A stretch of 63,923 nt of DNA from Elsinoe ampelina (lineage: Eukaryota): assembly GCA_010093995.1 (NCBI GenBank), contig ML992506.1, positions 975,196 through 1,039,118 on the forward strand. Direction: 5' to 3'. The notes beneath the pieces were generated by a model. The model did no database searches. It was not told the origin of the DNA and saw only the letters and a list, made by a program, of their open reading frames with translations. Below, in pieces: positions 58,806 to 63,923 of this stretch (position 1 is its first letter; the number at the start of each line of letters is the position of its first letter). Both the position numbers and the translations under genes were made by a program.

Positions 58806-59540
58806 ATGTGCTTAATCGAAGCTATTAAGCAAGCTCTCGCTCTTAATAATAAAGGCTATAGAGACTTATATAGTCTCTTAGAGGATATTATAATAGGTAA
58901 AGGCATAGTTAGAAGAACATTTAGGTCGATTTCTAATAGGAGAAGGTTAGAGAAGGAGGTACTTCTAGTAGCACTAGATAGTAATAATATTCGGTGTATA
59001 TTTCGGCGTACAATAGAGCTCTTAGAGAGCGGCGATAGTTAAGCTACCTTCTATACTCTCGTCTATAAGATAAGTACTAATTTTAGACGTTAGTAGGTAT
59101 AATTACACTTAAGATTATATAAGCCTAGAGGAGCGTAGAATAGTGCTAATACGCTTGCCTCGAATAAATCCTTAGATTACTAATTACAATTATAAGTGCC
59201 TTTACTCTCTAATCGACTAGACGACATACTATTAGTAGTTTATAAGGATAGAGAGATATATCCTATCTACTCGATTAGAGATCTTCTACTTGCATATTAT
59301 AAAGCTATAACTGCCGTGTCTAAGGAGAATATAGATATTAAGTTCGATTAGCTAAGAGTAATATTAATTATAACAGACCACTATATATATAACAAGTAAA
59401 GCAATGTTATAGGTTAGAAGGACGATAGAACGCTATATTTCGCTACAATAGAGAATGCTATCTAGTTTAAGGCTATTATCTTATCTAAGATATTATATAG
59501 TTTACCTCTTTATATCCTAATAAGGCGACAAGATTAAGGA
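58806..59540 (+). pseudogene. Orphan cargo ORF relic (~240 codons)
   Basis: The ATG at 58806 follows a CT-rich leader, and the frame continues past RIP-type stops. No family recognised. Confidence 0.4.
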
Positions 59541-60939
59541 AAGTATCTAGCCGAAGCAAGTATAAAGGAGAATAGTCTAGTAGTAGACTAAGTTAAACTA
59601 AAAAGTAGTAGGGCAATCTACGCTAAGCTATACCTACTACTAAACCCTAGAGTTTTAGTTCGTTTACTACGCTTTATTCTTCCTTACCTTTTAACTAAAT
59701 TGCCCTTTAGAATTACTTATCTATCCTTCTACTATTAATCTATCAAGTTTATTAGTATCTTTCGGCTAGGCTCCTAAGTATAGATATTAATTATACTAAC
59801 CTTGTTTCTCTAGCGGCTAATATCTAGACTATAGAATTAAGTATATAGGCTTCTCTTATCTGTTTAGGTATTAAAGTATAGTCTTCTAACAGTCTCCCTA
59901 ACTAGCTAGAGGCTTAAATTAGAAGCTCTCTACTATATATACACGGAGAAGAGTATAATTACGTTAGTAGCTAGTAAAAGCGATATAGGACCTAGTAGCC
60001 TAAATAGCTTAATAGATAGTAACTCCTAGAGAAAGACATTACACTTATTTAGTAGAAAGTAGGCTAATTATAATTAATAGCGGAGGAGAATGTAAGCTTA
60101 ATTAGATAACTCTAGCGAGAGAATAATATACTTAGAAAGTACATTAGTAAAGCTTTTTACGCGTTTAGCATTGCCTCTATAGACCTTACTAGTAGAGTAT
60201 TAAGGGGCTTATTCGGATTAAATAAGAGTATATAACGCTACACTAATAGTGCTACTCTACTATTACTATGTATAGTTACTAATAGCTAATTAACACCTAC
60301 TCTCTATTACGACATAATTAGTAGAAGATAAGCTACTCTATCTAGCGTGTCTTATTTAGACACCCTAGATAGCGAGATAGTAAGCAATTAATACTTTTAG
60401 CACTTAGAAGATATACTACTTAGTAAAGGGGGGACTACTAACGTAATTAATAAGGGAGCTACTACATAAATTGTACTACCTATCTATATATATAATAGCT
60501 AGTTCCTATAGTCTTTCGAATTAGTATATAATTGCTTAGTTTAAGTTTAATCTACAATTTCTCTCTATATATTTCTACTCTAATTGTTGCTTAACCTAAT
60601 AACAAATGCTATATTTAGTTCGAGTATTTAGTCTAAGTAAGTTCGAGTAGCTTTCTTTTTTAGTTTAGCTTCTAGCAATTAGCACTCCGCGAGTTAGACC
60701 TAGCTATAAGTCTAATTTAATACTCTTACTAGTTAAGATTACCTTAGGGTATAGGTAGATATAACTAATTCTAATTAGAAGAAAGTTACGTACTCTAAAC
60801 ACCTAACTAAGTTATTATCTAACTTAAACTAACGCTAAGTCACTATAACGTATATAAGATAACTATCTATCCCTCTTATAGTATGTATTATTCTAGCCTA
60901 CCTTACTAACTCTCTTATACCTATATACCTCTTTATTAG

Positions 60940-62500
60940 AACTATTACGAACTAAGATGTCTTAGGCACGTTAGCGCTTATATAGCTCGGACTATAAGAC
61001 TAATAAGTATTCTAAAGATAACAATTTAGGTTATTTCGACTAGGATAAAGCAGAGTAAGGCTTTAGTATTAAGGGAGACTAAGCTAACTATATAGGCTAT
61101 AAATATAACATCGAAGATAAAGAAGAAAGTATAAATTAGACATTACTACTCTCGATCTAAGTTTAAGAGAGCTATAACCTAACGAGAATAGCCTAATATT
61201 AGCCTCTATACCGGTTAAGATAGTAAAGCGGAGGTAATAGAACGTACTAAACTAGTATCTTAACATTTTTAAGGCAGTATATAACGATCTACGTGCAAGT
61301 ATAGCTATTAAAGTAAATTATAATACAATATTACTAACATTAGACAATTAATAGCTACTTCTACGAATTATATAGTACTAGCGCTCGGTCCGTAACTAGC
61401 TACTAGTACTTTATCTATAGAGAACTATAGGCGAATACTCTTCCGTAGTTATAGCTAGTAAGGTAAGTTACGTAGCTAAAGCTAATTACTTATTAATATA
61501 TATATAGCTCCGAGAGGCGCTCTACTATAGTTATAATAATATTACACGAATAGTAAGCGAGATACTCCACTACGAATAGCTAGCTAAAGGGCTAGAGAAT
61601 AGTAAGCTACCGAATTAGGTATATAGGCTACTAGAGGAAAGAAAGTACTAATATAAGGACGGCGATTTAGTACGCGCTAGATGTACTTATTAATTAATTA
61701 CTTACATATAGTAGCGTAAATGCTTTAGGAGTCCTTTAATATATAAAGCCTTCTAAGTAGCCTTTATCGGACATGTAGGCTTAGCTATAATAGCTAGTAC
61801 TTACTATTACTTTAACGAACTAATACTCTTTCTTATTTCCTCTCTCCTAGTAACGATTTATATACTCTTAGTTAAGTAAGTAGATAGAGTTAAGTCCTAC
61901 TTACCTAAGGGAATATTAGTATTTAAATATATAGAACCTTTAGAACTTAATTATATCTAACTAAGTATTTAGAATAACTTTCTAGCGTAGATTAGCCCGA
62001 GATAGGTTCTTATCCTTCGTTAGCTAAAACTTAGCTTTACTAAGTGCATCGAGAGAAATAGACTTACTATTGTAGTAGTAGTGTTAAATATATCTCTTTA
62101 CGCTAATACTATAGAGAGACTATTAGATAGAGAAGATACAAGGGAAAGGTACATATATACCTTCTCGTTTTAGTTCGGCCTACCTAACTTTAAACTAACT
62201 TATAGAGAAGTTAGGCATGTAATAATAGGCCTAATAGCAGGAGTAATAGCTATTATATAGCACTAGTACAAAATGCTTCTACTAAGCACCTTTTAAGAGG
62301 TAAGCTCGATTCTCCTATTAGCTTCTTAAGTTTAATACTAATAGATTAAGAAGAGCGTCTAATTAAGGCTAAATGCTCTATTATAGCGTATTAAGGTACT
62401 ACTTAGTTCGCGTATAGGAGCGAAGTACTAAATTGCTCTATAGTAACTCTTACGATAGAAGTATAGCTAGCGTAGATACCTAATATAGATAGCGACCTTA
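60940..62500 (+). pseudogene. Cargo ORF relic with possible DUF6532-like domain
   Basis: A long frame broken only by RIP-type stops. De-RIPed CFRSPLIHEAFQAAF...YFDELTP.LIS..LATIY....EWADG (~61720-61890) resembles my recollection of the fungal DUF6532 pattern (F..P.I.....F....EW..G); unverified. Confidence 0.4.
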
Positions 62501-63291
62501 TTGTAACTTTAACTACTACTAAACTAAGTTAGGTTATAGTTAGTATATACAAGAATTAATAGACTTAATAGCGACATCTACCCGGGCTACTTAATTATAC
62601 ACGTGCTATACTGTCCTAAGATGGACAACTTAATAGCGATTTACTAGCGGTCGAGGCGTAGTAGAAGGATTTCTTAGGTACATAGACGTAGATAAACTTT
62701 TTGTCCTTCGCATATAAGAAGTTTAGAGGCCTACTACGTAAACTAGTCTTATAGTACTAAATCGGCCTAAAGTATAGTAGCAGTATCTTAGACATTAAGG
62801 AGGACAGACATTCGCTAGATAGAGATACTTTTATAGAACTAAGGGATAAGGATATAGAATTACAAGAAGATAGTATATATATTATTATCGAGAGTAGTAT
62901 TAGGTAGAACGTAAAGCAATATATGTATTCTAGCGACCTTATATAATTTTCTAAACGTAGTAGACGAATTATAAGGTCTATATAATATATAGATATATAT
63001 AATATATACTACGAGGTAAGCTACGTAATAGGATATTTCTATAATTAATATTGTTAAGCTTATAGAGTAGACACGAACTAATTACTTTGCGAACTAAGAA
63101 ACGCTTAAACTAAGATAAGGGATACACGTAGTACGCTATCTACTATTAGGCCGTCTCTGTTTGCTACGCATTAGAGGTTTTTAGATTTCTACGGGGAAAA
63201 ACTATATTACTTCTAAGTAGGACCTAGGGGTAACTAGGGAATTACATCGAACTAAGTTAAACTAAGTTAGTTACTTAGAAGTAGTCTAACG

Positions 63292-63321
63292 TAGCTCTCT
63301 AGCGTTAGGGATTTTATAATA
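63292..63321 (-). repeat. Right terminal inverted repeat
   Basis: The reverse complement matches 39557-39586 at 22/30. The overlapping CTAACGTAG (63286-63294) is the reverse complement of CTACGTTAG at 39622-39630. Confidence 0.75.
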
Positions 63322-63923
63322 TATATTTAGAAAGAAGGTTAGTTAACCTTATAGTAATTCTTTAAGGGGTTTACTTAGGCTAAGCTTTAACTATCTCTTT
63401 AGTCTAAACTTCTATCTTATCTCTCTTAGCTTTATCTCCTCCTATTAGTAAAGGAGATAGCTATACTACTATAGGTAGTAATAAGACTAGAGCATTAAAG
63501 AACTATTTATCTAGTAAAGATTCCTAGATCTAAGCTAGGTTTAGATCTAGAATAGCCTTATCTAATTAGTCTAATAGAGATAGTAACTAATCTAGTATAA
63601 TAGGGTAACTCTTATCTAGCTACTAAGATAGGCTTAGCTCTTAATCTAGATTGCTTTAACTTAGAGTCTAAGATAGTATCTAGTTTAGCTACTAAACTAG
63701 ATTCTAAACTAGATTCTAAACTAGATACTAAACTAGATACTAAACTAGATACTAAACTAAATTCTAAACTAGATTTAGTTTAGTTATTCCCTCTACTTTA
63801 TGTACCTCTTTAGATTTATTAACCTCCTATAAGAGCCTTAGTAGATTAAGTAATCTAATTAGTTTTAGCTAAGGTTGTTCCTCTAGCTTATAGAACTAAG
63901 TTTTATTAAATCTAATATCTCTT
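63322..63923 (-). mobile_element. Upstream continuation of the same Copia pol (integrase-RT linker), running off the window
   Basis: Minus strand aga gat att aga ttt aat aaa reverts to RDVRFDE, the Copia post-integrase motif. The frame joins in phase to the 39556 side. Confidence 0.82.
63692..63776 (+). repeat. 12-bp minisatellite (~7 copies) in the Copia linker
   Basis: Units of CTAAACTAGAT(A/T), in frame as a 4-aa repeat (approximately PVQ[N/H]) on the minus strand. Confidence 0.88.

Larger units (their letters stand above)
39557..63321. mobile_element. Giant (~23.8 kb) TIR DNA transposon with Plavaka-type transposase and multi-gene cargo, nested in Copia pol
   Basis: Inverted termini match at 22/30 nt, with TA on both flanks. 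Removing the element plus one TA restores the Copia reading frame. A Plavaka transposase relic lies inside. Confidence 0.82.
37576..63923. repeat. AT-rich, RIP-mutated transposon block
   Basis: Abrupt drop in GC, large excess of TpA, near absence of CpA/TpG, and TAA/TAG in all frames. Internal duplicated blocks differ almost only by C/T and G/A transitions. Confidence 0.95.

Noticed and set aside
39557..63321. Starship element
   Set aside because: No DUF3435 tyrosine-recombinase captain is recognisable at either end. The element has TIRs and a Plavaka transposase instead.

Overview
Fungal (filamentous ascomycete, Dothideomycete-like) nuclear DNA in two sharply separated compartments. Bases 1-37,575 are gene-dense, with 15 protein-coding genes whose introns I resolved by hand: an arrestin adaptor, a probable GPI/cell-surface protein, a BTB protein, COX15, a GH12 glucanase, two PTH11-like membrane proteins, a RING-H2 protein, EMP65/TAPT1, FMN1, acuK, a DHA1 MFS transporter, nuclear ATP9, an alpha/beta hydrolase and UTP4. 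Bases 37,576-63,923 are AT-rich, RIP-mutated repeat DNA that the ORF track cannot read. Reversing the C>T/G>A changes by eye shows a Ty1/Copia retrotransposon split by a ~23.8-kb DNA transposon (39,557-63,321). This element has ~30-bp imperfect terminal inverted repeats, a probable 2-bp target duplication and a Plavaka (CACTA-related) transposase. Its cargo includes a SprT/GCNA-type metalloprotease, two highly diverged SNF2-like helicases (the second apparently lacking catalytic motifs) in a mosaic tandem duplication, and several orphan ORFs. All protein calls in the AT-rich block are manual de-RIP reconstructions with approximate boundaries; no database search was run.
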